A stretch of 64,000 nucleotides of DNA from Eledone cirrhosa (GCA_964016885.1 OZ024756.1:16802001-16866000), one strand, 5' to 3'. Counted from the first letter of the stretch, positions 25,307 through 37,950 are shown. Notes: a model not told the origin generated them from the sequence alone. Made by a program: numbers and translations.

Positions 25307-25821
25307 TTAAACGACGATGATGATGATACATATATATACACATGTAAGGTTTTGTTTTTTGTCCTGCAGGGTGTCCCAAATCACCCTCCTCATCAAGTAA
25401 ACTTGGTGGGGTTGCCGGTTTAGTCACCAACGACCCGACCATGTGACAGGTTGTACTGGGTTTCATGTTACCAGTAGCACTCAAGAGTGACCTGACATAA
25501 TATATACATACACACATATATATATATGTGAGTGTTTGTTGTATATATATGGGTGCATATATATTTGTGTATATGTGTGTGTGTATATGTTTATGCGTTT
25601 GTTCGTATTTCCATGTAGACGCAAATACGCTTATGTGAGAAAGTATACATCTACGTACTATTACGTATAACTGCATGGTTGAGTGTGTGTATGTTTATGT
25701 TCTGGATATTTATTTATATATTTTTCCCCTAAACCCTTTTTGCCCATTTTTTCAGCCTCACTTTCATATTTCCTAAATTTTGTTTTCAAATCCATATTTA
25801 ATAAAAACACCATGTTATTTA

Positions 25822-25883
25822 TTCATTCTGACGACTGAAAACAGATATAAATATCTGCCTTCAAGAAACCACTGGTAAATGAA
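25822..25883 (+). ncRNA. Type I hammerhead ribozyme motif
   Basis: Stem I TTCATT/AATGAA, CTGACGA at 25828-25834, stem II TGAA..CAGATAT/ATATCTG..TTCA, GAAA at 25865-25868, stem III A-CC(ACT)GG-T, GUA triplet. Confidence 0.7.
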
Positions 25884-26850
25884 ATAATTATCTTATGTTG
25901 TTTATTACATAACTAATAAGCTCTGTAGCCTACATAGAGCACTCTTTTTCCCTGTACCTTTCCGACGGAAATACTTTATATATATAAGCAATACTTGCTT
26001 ATATATATATATATATATATATATAAGCAAGTATTGCACCAAGAAAATGTGTGTGTGTGTGTGTGTGGGTGTGTGTGTGTGGTAGTCATACAATAGAAGA
26101 TTGTGTAGACTATTGGCCTGTCAGATGTGTTTACAGCAACAGAACCTGTTATGTCAGTCATTTATATACAAGATTGTGTGTGCGTGTCTGTACCTATGTG
26201 TGTGTGTATGTTCCTGTGTGTGTCACTGTATTTGCGTCTGTGCCTATGTGTATCCGTGTCACAATATGTGTGTGTATGTCTGTGTGTATGTCACAGTATA
26301 TGTGTGTTTGCCTGTGTGTGTGTCACTGTATGTGTGTCTGTCTGTGTGTGTGTGTCTGTCTGTGTGTGTGTGTGTATGTATGTGTGTGTGTGTATGTATG
26401 TGTCTGTGTGTATGTGTTTGTGTGTGTGTGTGTGTATGTGTGCGGCTATATGTGTATGCCTGTATGTTTGTGTGCCTGTTTGAGTAAGCATCTGTGTGTG
26501 TCTGTGTGTGTATATGTACACATCTCTCCCTCACCCCTGTCCCTGGGAGGCCCCAGACAATAGTTGTTAACATTAAGGGTTGAATCTATGACCTCAGCAT
26601 TGTCGTTCTCCTTAACACCAATAACTATACGATCAATACACCTGTTCAATATCAATAGCCATAATCAATTGGTGATTAGCACTATTGACTGTTCCAGATG
26701 ACTAACAACTACACCTACCGCCCATATTTACACCTGACATACCACTTTGACTTTACTCACCTCCAATTATCAATGAATAACCAGTTTCTATTTTATCAAC
26801 ATGTTAAGCAGTTATTCATATATATCATCATCATCATCATCGTTTAACCA

Positions 26851-26895
<45 letters not shown>

Positions 26896-26950
26896 CTACC
26901 CTTGCAAACAGGGAAAAGCGGACGTAAAATGATGATGATGATGATGATGA

Positions 26951-26995
<45 letters not shown>

Positions 26996-27055
26996 CCCTC
27001 TTTGCCTACTCTAAAGACCAAAACTGGATATAGCCTCTTTACCACCTATCTGAAC

Positions 27056-27091
27056 TTTCCTGATGAAGGACTTATGTCCGAAATGTTGAAA
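27056..27091 (+). ncRNA. Minimal type I hammerhead ribozyme motif (PLE type)
   Basis: TTTC-CTGATGA-A-GGAC(TTAT)GTCC-GAAA-TGTT-GAAA within a ~180-bp segment bounded by TA tracts. Confidence 0.65.
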
Positions 27092-27186
27092 CCTCTTCCA
27101 CTTCCACCAAGTGTGAACCTAATATAACTGTGTACAATTGCCTCTTGTGTTTTGTTCGTTCATTTTCAACTATATATATATATCAA

Positions 27187-27415
27187 GTGAAGGCGTGTGG
27201 CTGAGTGGTTAGAGAATTGGATTCACAATCTTGAGGTTGTGAGTTCGATTCCGGGACCAGGCGATGCGTTATGTCCTTGAGAAAGGCACTTTATTTCACG
27301 TTGATCCTTCTACCTGGAGTTGCGACCGATAGATAGTATTAGCAACTGGAAAGACCGACGAAAACATTGTTTCCTCGGTCCGATTTGACGAAAGTCGATC
27401 GATCCTGTTATAGAT
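27187..27415 (+). mobile_element. tRNA-headed CORE-type SINE with hairpin-rich tail
   Basis: A-box TGGCTGAGTGG, B-box GAGTTCGATTCC, CORE-like GTCCTTGAGAAAGGCACTT; second copy at 27708-27925. Confidence 0.85.
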
Positions 27416-27707
27416 ATCAAATCAAGGTTTCTTATTGAAGTTTTTATATATGCCAAAATATACTGAGTAAAACATTACTCTACTTTGTTTTGTTTCATTT
27501 ACCATCATTTGCTCTTTGTATTTTCTACCACATTTTACTGGCTTTTAAAAAACTTATCGGTCATATATATATATTATAAAGAAGAGATGGTTTTATGTAT
27601 ACCACATGTATCGCATATCACACAGATATGTATGAGTATGCCACATGAATATATTATATCATGTGTTTATTATATCACATGTATATCATACCACATGTAT
27701 ATTATTT

Positions 27708-27925
27708 GTGAAGGTGCGTGGATGAGTGGTTAGAGAATTGGATTCACAATTGTGAGGTTGTGAGTTCGATTCCCGGACCAGGTGATGCCTTATGTCCTTG
27801 AGCAAGACACTTTATTTCATGTTGCTCCTTCTACCTGGAGTTGCAACCAATAGATAGTATTAGCAACTGGAAAGAACAACGGGAACATTGTTTCCTTGGT
27901 CCGATTTGATGAAAGTCGATCGACT
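27708..27925 (+). mobile_element. Second copy of the same SINE
   Basis: Direct repeat of 27187-27415, with several CpG-type differences. Confidence 0.85.
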
Positions 27926-28477
27926 GTCAATGTATATTATATCACATGTATATTATATCATACAGATATGTATACCACATGTATATGTATACCACATGAA
28001 TATATTATATCACATGTATATTGTATAATAACGTATATATAAAATTGGGAATGGTCCAAGGGCAACAGAGATCACTCCAGAGTCCCACATGTTGTTGAGA
28101 CAGACTGGAAACACTCCAGTGGGCCACATGTTGCTGTAACCTACAGGATGCTGAGGTCCACAGGGAACATCACAGTAGGCCACATGTTATTGAGCCCCCC
28201 CCCCACATCAGTAGGCCACATGTTGTCGAGACCCACAGAACAACTCAGTGCCCCACATGTTGCTGTGACACAAAGAGAACCACTCAGTGTCCCACATGTT
28301 GCTGAGATCCACAAAGAGCACTACACTGTTCTTTATGCTGTAAACCCTAGATATAGGGTTTATCTTAGATCAGTTATGAACTCCACATGACCCCACTCTG
28401 GGTAGCAATGCCAGGCCAGGGGAGGAAATCGGGAAGTTTCCCCACTCTGTGTAGTGATACAATGGAAATCTGGGTCT

Positions 28478-29500
28478 GGAAGTTATTCCACCCTAGGTAG
28501 CAGTGCCAGAGAAGTCTAGAAGTTATTCCACCCTAGGTAGCAGTACCAGAGAAGTCTAGAAGTTATTCCACCCTGGGTAGCAGTACCAGAGAAGTCTAGA
28601 AGTTATTCCACCCTAGGTAGCAGTGCCAGAGAAGTCTAGAAGTTATTCCACCCTAGGTAGCAGTGCCAGAAAAGTCTAGAAGTTATTCCACCCTGGGTAG
28701 CAATGCCAGAGAAGTCTAGAAGTTATTCCACCCTAGGTAGCAGTACCAGAGAAGTCAAGAAGTTATTCCACCCTAGGTAGCAGTGCCAGAGAAGTCTAGA
28801 AGTTATTCCACCCTAGGTAGCAGTACCAGAGAAGTCTAGAAGTTATTCCACCCTAGGTAGCAGTGCCAGAGAAGTCTAGAAGTTATTCCACCCTAGGTAG
28901 CAGTACCAGAGAAGTCAAGAAGTTATTCCACCCTAGGTAGCAGTACCAGAGAAGTCAAGAAGTTATTCCACCCTAGGTAGCAGTGCCAGAGAAGTCTAGA
29001 AGTTATTCCACCCTAGGTAGCAGTATCAGGGAAGTCTAGAAGTTATTCCACCCTGGGTAGCAGTGCCAGAGAAGTCTAGAAGTTATCACACCATGGGTAG
29101 CAGTGCCAGGGAAGCCTGGAAGTTATTCCACCCTGGGTAGCAGTGCCAGAGAAGTCTGGAAGTTATCACACCATGGGTAGCAGTGCCAGGGAAGTCTGGA
29201 AGTTATCACACCATGGGTAGCAGTGCCAGGGAAGTCTAGAAGTTATTACACCCTGAGTAATAGTGCCAGGGAAGTCTAGAAGTTATCACACCCTGGGTAG
29301 TAGTGCCAGGGAAGTCTAGAAGTTATCACACCCTGGGTAGCAGTGCCAGGGAAGTCTAGAAGTTATCACACCCTACGTAGCAGTGCCAGGGAAGTCTGGA
29401 AGTTATCACACCCTAGGTAGCAGTGCCAGAGAAGTCTGGAAGTTATTCTACCCTGGGTAATAGTGCCAGGCCAGGCCAAGAAAGTCTGGAAGTTATCCAA
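28478..29500. repeat. 40-bp minisatellite, about 25 copies
   Basis: Unit AGTTATTCCACCCTAGGTAGCAGTGCCAGAGAAGTCTAGA. Confidence 0.97.
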
Positions 29501-29875
29501 TAATATTGATGAGAAATGGAAGATGAAAGAACGAGGAAAAATATTCCAATGTCTGCAAGAAAGATGATTTTCTATTTTTATCAGTAATTAGAATATTGAT
29601 CTTTGTTAGGAATTGGTATTCAGAATCAACATTGGTGTAGCTTAACTTTTATACATATATCTACATCTATGATATACACATACACACACACTTTCATATC
29701 CATACATACACATATCTTATACACACACACAGGCGTTCGTATCTACATACATATTTTCATATCTATACATACACACATCTTATATATATATATCTATAAA
29801 GCATCTTTCTATCACAGAGATCTTTCTCACATCTCATATATAATTTCACACACAAACACACACACACACACACAC

Positions 29876-29906
<31 letters not shown>

Positions 29907-30216
29907 ACATCCTTCTATCACATAAATCTCTCAAATCTCACTTAGTCTATGGTTTTGATATCATCGTAATTATATATTTAAACATACAGTGTGTGTATAT
30001 ATATATATATGCACACATACATATCATAGACATATATTTACATGCATGTAAAAATACTGTATAATAGGAGTGAGTGTATATATTTGTGTGTAGTATAACA
30101 AGTGTGTGCCTATTTATGTGTAAAAGATCTGTCAAAAAAGTATTCGACTATAATTTTTCCTGTGGGAAGTAATAACGATAGGTTGAGATAAGTGTGCAGA
30201 GAGAAGTTATATGTAT

Positions 30217-30815
30217 ATGGCTTGGTGAACTTATTAGGATCTGTGTGTATATGGATCGGTATTTGGTGAACTTATTAGGATCTGTGTGTATATAGATCGG
30301 TATTTGGTGAACTTATTAGGAGCTGTGTGTATATGGCTCGGTATTTGGTGAACTTATTAGGATCTGTGTGTATTTAGATCGGTATTTGGTGAACTTATTA
30401 GGATCTGTGTGTATATAGCTCGGTATTTGGTGAACTTATTAGGATCTGTGTGTATATAGCTCGGTATTTGGTGAACTTATTAGGAGTTGTATGTATATGG
30501 CTCGGTATTTGGTGAACTTATTAGGAGTTGTATGTATATGGCTTGGTATTTGGTGAACTTATTAGGAGCTGTGTGTATATGGCTCGGTATTTGGTGAACT
30601 TATTAGGAGCTGTATGTATATGGCTCGGTATTTGGTGAACTTATTAGGAGTTGTATGTGTATGGCTCGGTATTTGGTGAACTTATTAGGAGTTGTATGTG
30701 TATGGCTCGGTATTTGGTGAACTTATTAGGAGCTGTGTGTATATGGCTCGGTATTTGGTGAACTTATTAGGAGCTGTGTGTATATGGCTCAGTATTTGGT
30801 GAACTTATTAGGAGT
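30217..30815. repeat. 41-bp minisatellite, about 14 copies, inside the mariner 5' region
   Basis: Unit GGTATTTGGTGAACTTATTAGGAGCTGTGTGTATATGGCTC. Confidence 0.95.
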
Positions 30816-31326
30816 GTCAGTGTGTGAGGTGGCATACAACTTATTTGCCGTATTTTCATTTTGCCCGATACTTCCAAAAAGAATCCTGAGCTCCTAAATA
30901 CTGTGATATCTGGAGATGAGAAGTGGGTGTATGGGTTCAACTTGTAAACTAAATCTCAGTCATCAAATTGGAAATATCCAATGTTGCCAAGGAACCCCAT
31001 CCACCACCACCACCACCACTACCACAAAAAGCATGTCAAATGCAAAGCCAAATGAAGGTGAAGCTGACTGCTTTCTTTGACTACTGTGATTATGAATATG
31101 CAAGAGGGCAAACTCTTGGAAAGAAGTATGTACTATCAGGAACTCCTTCAACCTACATGATGCAGTTCAACAGAAAAGACTAGATTTGTGGTCCTCACAA
31201 AACTAGCAGCTGCATCATGATACAGCTGGTCCAAGGTTCCATGACAACAAAAGGCATTTTAGCTCATTTTCCAGGCTCCCTACTCTCCAGATATGGCTCT
31301 TCCCACTTCTGGTTATTCCCAAAATA

Positions 31327-31816
31327 TAAGGGTAAGGGTAAAGACCCCTTTCGGTCATGAATGACCATAGAATTTGAACCTAGAAAATTCCCCTCCGAGG
31401 CACAAGTCTGGACAAGATTATTGTATAGAGTTACTGCCCTTGCCATTCTGAGTTCAAATCCCGCCGAAGTTAGCTTTGCCTTTCATCCTTACGGGGTCGA
31501 TAAAATAAAGTACCAGTAATACACTGGATAGTTGCTGGCCTTGTGCCAAAAGTAGAAACAATTATTTGTAGAAGACCAGCAGTCATTCATGCATACCAGT
31601 CTCCCCACTCCACATTACCGATGCTGTCCAAGGGAAAGGCAATGATCGATACAGCTTGGCACCTGTGACGTCGCAACTCATTTCTAAAGCTTAGTAAATT
31701 GGAGCAATGTGAAATAAAGTGTCTTGCTCAAGAACACAACGCAAAGCCCAGTCCAAGAATCAAAATCACAACCTCGTGATTGTAAGCCCCACGTTCTAGC
31801 CACAAAGCCATGCACC
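31327..31816 (-). mobile_element. CORE-type SINE (itself containing a Meta-type SINE at ~31430-31565) inserted in the mariner ORF
   Basis: 10-bp duplication TCCCAAAATA at 31317-31326 and 31817-31826. Confidence 0.8.
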
Positions 31817-31949
31817 TCCCAAAATACAGAGGCCTCTAAAAGACCCACTTTGAGAGCCAAATTGTGTGGAAACATAAGAGTCCTACTTTGAATGGAGATG
31901 TGTAACTCAGTCCCAACAAGTCGGATATTTTTTCTATAGACTTCATACA

Positions 31950-33660
31950 TGTGTATATGTGTATATGTGTATATGAAAATACTGTAGAGCAAATGTGTGT
32001 GTATGTGTGTATAAATACTTTATAACAAGTGTGAATGTATGTGTGTGTATAAATACTGTTTAACTGTGAATGTATATGCATATGTGTATAAATACTCTCT
32101 GTGTATGTGTAAATGCTGTATAAGTGTGAATGTATATGCATATATGTATGTATGTGCATGTATGTATAAACAGTGTATTAGTGTGTATGTATGTGTGCAT
32201 GTATAAATACTGTATAAATGTAGTCCTAACCATGTTAGCGTGGAAGATGGACATTGCCGATGATGATGTAAATGTATATGTGTGTGTGTGTGTGTATGTG
32301 TACAAATATTGCATGTATAAATACTGTGTGCGTGTGTGTATGTATAAATACTGTGTACGTGTGTGTATGTATAAATACTGTGTGTGCGTGTGTGTATGTA
32401 TAAATACTGTATATGTGTGTATATGTGTGAATGTATAAATACTGTGTGTGCGTGTGTGTATGTATAAATACTGTGTACGTGTGTATATGTGTGTGTATGT
32501 ATAAATACTGTGTGTGCGTGTGTGTATGTATAAATACTGTATATGTGTGTATATGTGTGTGAATGTATAAATACTGTGTGTGTGTGTATATAAATACTGT
32601 ACATGTGTGTATATGTGTGTGAATGTATAAATTCTGTGTGTGTGTGTATATAAATACTGTACATGTGTATATATGTGTGTGAATGTATAAATACTATGTG
32701 TGCGTGTGTGTATATAAATACTGTATATGCGTGTATATGTGTGTGAATGTATAAATACAGTGTGTGTGTATATAAATACTGTATATCTGTGTGAATGTAT
32801 AAATACTGTGTGTGTGTGTATATAAAAACTGTATATGTGTGTGAATGTATAAATACTGTGTGTGTATATAAATGCTGTATATGTGTATATGTATAAATAC
32901 TGTGTGTGTGTATATAAATACTGTATATGTGTGTGAATGTATAAATACTGTGTGTGTATATAAATGCTGTATATGTGTGTATATGTATAAATACTGTGTG
33001 TGTGTGTGTATATAAATACTGTATACGTGTGTATATGTGTGTGAATGTATAAATACTGTGTGTGTGTATATGTGTGTGGATATATGAATACTGTATAAAT
33101 GTGTATGCATGTCTGTATGTATAGATACAGTATAAATGTGTATGTGTGTATGTAAAAATCCTGTAGGTATGTATGTGTATGTATGGATACTGTATGTATG
33201 TATATGTGTATGTTTAATACTGTATGTGTGTGTGTGTATATGTAAATACTGTATGTATGTATGTGTATGTATGGATACTGTATGTATGTATATGTGTATG
33301 TTTAATACTGTATGTGTGTGTGTGTATATGTAAATACTGTATGTATGTATGTGTATGTATATGTGTATGTTTAATACTGTATGTGTGTGTGTGTATATGT
33401 AAATACTGTATGTATGTATGTGTATGTAAATACTGTATGTATGTGTGTATGTAAATACTGTATGTATGTGTGTATGTAAATACTGTATGTATGTATCTGT
33501 ATGTAAATACTGTATGTATGTGTATGTAAATACTGTATGTATGTGTGTATGTAAATACTGTATGTATGTGTGTATGTAAATACTGTATGTATGTGTGTGT
33601 GTGTATATGTAAATACTGTATGTATGTGTATGTAAATACTGTATGTATGTGTGTATGTAA
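31950..33660. repeat. Compound (TG/TA)n satellite punctuated by AAATACTG
   Basis: TATAAATACTGTGTGTG / GTAAATACTGTATGTATG modules of variable length. Confidence 0.9.
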
Positions 33661-33999
33661 ATAGACAAACAGGAAATTAGAACACAACTGTTTGTTGAAG
33701 AACTGTTCCTTGCTTTACTATTGCTTCTCTCTCTCTCTGTCCCCATCTCATTCTCTCTCGCTCTCCCTTGATATCTGTCTTTCTATCTATCTCGATATTT
33801 ATCTATCACTCCTTCTCTCAATCCATCTCTCAATCCATCTCTCTCTCTCTTTCTATCTATCACTCCCTCTCTCCCCATCTCATTCTCTCTCTCTTGATAT
33901 CTGTCTTTCTATCTATCTCGATATCTATCTATCACTCCCTCTCTCCTTATCTCTCTCTCTCTCTCTCTCTATTTATGGAAAGTATGGAAAGAAGACAAA

Positions 34000-34572
34000 G
34001 TGATAATGATCATGGTAATGGTGGTGGTGGTGATGGTGGTGGTGGTGTTAATAATGATGATAGTGGTGATGATGATCATGATAGGGGTGGTGGTGATGAA
34101 AGTGGTAATGGTAATAATGATGGTGATGGTAATAGTGGTGGTGATGAAGATGACAACCACTACAACTACCACTGCAACTACCACAACCACTGCAACTACC
34201 ACAACTACCATAATTACTACAACTACCATAATTACTACAACCACCACAACCACCATATTCACTACAACAACCACCACCACTATCGCCACAACAACCACCA
34301 CAACCACTACAACCACCACATTCATTACAACTACCACCACAACCACAATATCCACTACAACCACCACCACAACATCCACTACAACCACCACCACAACAAC
34401 AACCACAACAACCACTAGAGCCACCACAATGACAACAACCACTACAACCACTACAACCACCACAACCACCACCACAATCACTACAACCACCATGTCCACT
34501 ACAACCACCACAACAACCAACTACAACCACAACAACCACCACAACCACCACGTCCACTACAACCATTACAAC
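34000..34572. repeat. Trinucleotide low-complexity tract, (GGT/GAT)n switching to (CAC/CAA/CTA)n
   Basis: Direct inspection. Confidence 0.9.
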
Positions 34573-34675
34573 CGTTGGAACATTAGAACAATACACTATA
34601 GCCTAACCATTCAACCATCCTGTTACTTGGCATGATTCTGTGTTGATTAAGTCTCTTCTTTACCATTTTCTTCAG

Positions 34676-34774
34676 ATGCTATCATTTGAACAAATCAATG
34701 AAATTCAAGCCAGAAGCTTGTTGAAAGAACTTCACAAGAATTCTCAGATGGAATTAAAGAAACTTCTAGATTAA
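34676..34774 (+). CDS. Candidate terminal coding exon, product unknown
   Basis: Pyrimidine tract TCTCTTCTTTACCATTTTCTTCAG acceptor, open frame MLSFEQINEIQARSLLKELHKNSQMELKKLLD*, AATAAA overlapping the stop. Confidence 0.4.
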   Translation: MLSFEQINEIQARSLLKELHKNSQMELKKLLD

Positions 34775-35249
34775 TAAAATAAAATTAAAAAAGCTACAGT
34801 GTTATAGTGTAACTGATAAATACCCCATATATAAAATAACCGAAGCAGAAGGTCTTCAGAGAAGAAACTCGCCCCCACTCACCCACCAAGCCATTATGGT
34901 AGTGTTTCGGTCTTTAACTTCTGAGAGTTTCTTACCACTAGACATTAGTGTTACTGGTGACATTAACTCAGACGTAAATATATAGCATGGTAGTGTTTAG
35001 TACAACACCAGTTAGTATTAAATGCACAAAACATAACCTACTTTAAAAAACTTAATACAAAAGCCAAATCTAGAAAATATTGAAGTTAACCTAGGTAAAT
35101 TATTAAACAATACATGTCTAGATATAAAATTACTAACTAAAAATTATCCTGAAATAATTCAAATCGCTAACTAAATAATTAAATAGACTTGCATAAATGA
35201 AATAAACATTAAATTGATCTTAAATCTTTAACCTCTTCAGTACTGTAGA

Positions 35250-36010
35250 CGAGATAACTTGTCCTAACATGATGTATTCCAGTGCCATGGAAGAGATAAC
35301 TCGTCCTAACATGATGTATTCCAGTGCCATGGAAGATATAACTCGCCCTAACATGATGTATTCCAGTACCATGGAAGAGATAACTTGTCCTAACATGATG
35401 TATTCCAGTGCCATGGAAGAGATAACTCGCCCTAACATGATGTATTCCAGTACCATGGAAGAGATAACTTGTCCTAACATGATGTATTCCAGTACCATGG
35501 AAGAGATAACTTGTCCTAACATGATGTATTCCACTGCCATGGAAGAGATAACTCGTCCTAACATGATGTATTCCAATGCCATGGAAGAGATAACTCGTCC
35601 TAACATGATGTATTCCACTGCCATGGAAGAGATAACTTGTCCTAACATGATGTATTCCACTGCCATGGAAGAGATAACTCGTCCTAACATGATGTATTCC
35701 ACTGCCATGGAAGAGATAACTCGTCCTAACATGATGTATTCCACTGCCATGGAAGAGATAATTTGTCCTAATATGTATGCATTTCAGTGCCATGGAAGAG
35801 ATAACTTGTCCTAACATGATGTATTCCAATGCCATGGAAGAGATAACTCGTCCTAACATGATGTATTCCACTGCCATGGAAGAGATAATTTGTCCTAATA
35901 TGTATGCATTTCAGTGCCATGGAAGAGATAACTTGTCCTAACATGATGTATTCCACTGCCATGGAAGAGATAATTTGTCCTAACATGTATGCATTTCAGT
36001 GCCATGGAAA
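35250..36010. repeat. 42-bp minisatellite, about 18 copies
   Basis: Unit CCATGGAAGAGATAACT(T/C)GTCCTAACATGATGTATTCCA(G/C)TG, with shorter variant units at the 3' end. Confidence 0.97.
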
Positions 36011-36774
36011 AGATGTTTGAATGCTTTTCCAACAGTTAATAACTTCAAAGATATCAACTCATTTCCAATAGTTCATAACTTCAAAGTTATAAACTTGTTT
36101 CCAACAGTTCATAACTTCACAGCTAGATGGGGTTACTAGTTTATTGATGTAACATTTATCAATCATTCAGATGTGTGTTGTTAAATGTTTGTTTAAAAAT
36201 AAAGTCATTTTACTGAAAAAAAAAAAAAACTCAGCACAGCAACTGTAGCTGTGTAAAATATACACAGCAGTCAACAGGTTAAACTGGACACATACATGGG
36301 GTTCGTCTCCTCCTAGTGACTCATGGCAACTTCTTTTTCCAATTTGAAAGGGTCTTCACCCTATTTTATAAGCTATTTTATAGCATCTCTGCACATCCTT
36401 TGTACTAATTTTATCCTTTAATTTTATCTTCTCAGCACTTTGTAAAATCCGAGAGATCAGCCACGTATACGCGTTGTTTGTTTACTCTAAATTTTACTTG
36501 TCTCAAGGTACAAGCAGTCTAGAAATGGACCTCATATTTCTTAGTAAAGTGTATCAAGTTTCATAGTTACTTTATACACACAAAAAAATTAAAATAAAGA
36601 AAATAAAGAAAAGGAATAAATCAATACAAATATGAAATTTATATTCTATTTTTAAAAAAAATTTAAATAAATAAAAACATTTTGACCAAAATCTGTCATT
36701 TGTTAATAACGGTTGACTTAAGAATCATTGGGAAAATTAAAAATTTTAAATGTGTTTCCCAACGCAAATGACTA

Positions 36775-37950
36775 TAATAATTGTTTCTACTTTTAGCACA
36801 AGGTCAGCAATTTGAAAGGAAAGGAAAAGTCAATTAAATCAACCCAGTGTATTACTGGTACTTTATTTTATCGAACCTTCATAAGGCCAACAATTTTTGG
36901 AGAAGGGAAAGTCAATTAAATCAACCCCAGTACATTACTAGTGCTTTATTTCATCGACTCTGTAAAGACGAAAGGCAAAACTAACCTAAGCAGGATTTTA
37001 ACTCAGAACATAAAGGGCCATAACTATATGCCACAAAACGTTCTCTGATGCTCTACTGATTCTGTCAATCTACTGCCCTTTACTATAATAATTGTTTCTA
37101 CTTTGGCACAAGGCCAGCTATTACCCCAGTGTATTACTGGTACTTTATTTTATCGACCCCGTAAGGATGAAAGGCAAAGTTAACCTAGGGGGGATTTGAA
37201 CTCAGAATGGCAAGGGCCATAATAATTGTTTCTACTTTAGGCACAAGGCCAGCAATTACCCAGTACATTACTGGTACTTTATTTTATCGACCCCGTAAGG
37301 ATGAAAGGCAAAGTTAACCTCGGCGGGATTTGAACTCAGACTGTAAAGGGACGTAACTATGCTAGAAAGCATGGCGTCCAACCTTCTACCGATACTGCCA
37401 ATTCAATAATGGTTTCTGATTTAGGCACAAGGCCAACAATTTTTGGGGAAGGAAAAGTCCATTAAATTGACCCCAGTGTGTTATTGGTACTTTATTTTAT
37501 TGATCCTGTAAGAATGAAAGGCAAAGCTAACCTCGGTGGGATTTGAACTCGGAATTTACATTCTGTCGTAACTATATGCCACAAGGCATATTATCCGACA
37601 CTCTACCAATACTGCCAATCCACCACTCTTGACCATAATAATTGTTTCAAAATTTGGCACAAGGCCAGCAATTTGAAGGGGAGGGGAAGTCAATTAAATC
37701 GACCCCAGTGTATTACTGGTACTTTATTTTATCGACCCCGTAAGGATGAAAAGCAAAGCTAATCTTGGCTGGATTTGAACTCAGAACGCAAAGGGCCGTA
37801 ACTATGCTGTGAAGCATATTGTACAACGCTCTATCAATTGACTATAATAATTGTTTCTACTTTTGGCACAAGGCCAGCAATTACCCCAGTGTATTACTGG
37901 TACTTTATTTTATCAACCCTGTAAGGATGAAAAGCAAAGTTAACCTCGGC
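36775..37950 (-). mobile_element. Head-to-tail array of about 7 Meta-type SINE units
   Basis: Repeated ATAATTGTTTCTACTTT.GGCACAAGGCCAGC...CTGGTACTTTATTTTATCGACCCCGTAAGGATGAAAGGC. Confidence 0.88.

Larger units (their letters stand above)
30121..31947 (+). mobile_element. Decayed mariner element with internal minisatellite and nested SINEs
   Basis: Degenerate TIRs at 30121-30149 and 31919-31947; transposase motifs VISGDEKWVYG, KVKLTAFFD, LHHD, PYSPDMA..FWLFPK, CVE..YFE. Confidence 0.88.

Noticed and set aside
27187-27260. tRNA gene
   Set aside because: A and B boxes run into a CORE-like domain without an acceptor stem, so this is a SINE head.
28478-29500. CRISPR-like appearance of the 40-42 bp arrays (also 1-467, 30217-30815, 35250-36010)
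   Set aside because: Units are contiguous with no unique spacers, there are no cas genes, and the context is eukaryotic.
33768-34635. Mucin-like poly-Thr, poly-Val and Cys/Gly ORFs (also 51201-51604, 59345-60520)
   Set aside because: Trinucleotide low-complexity tracts open in several frames, with no unique coding context.
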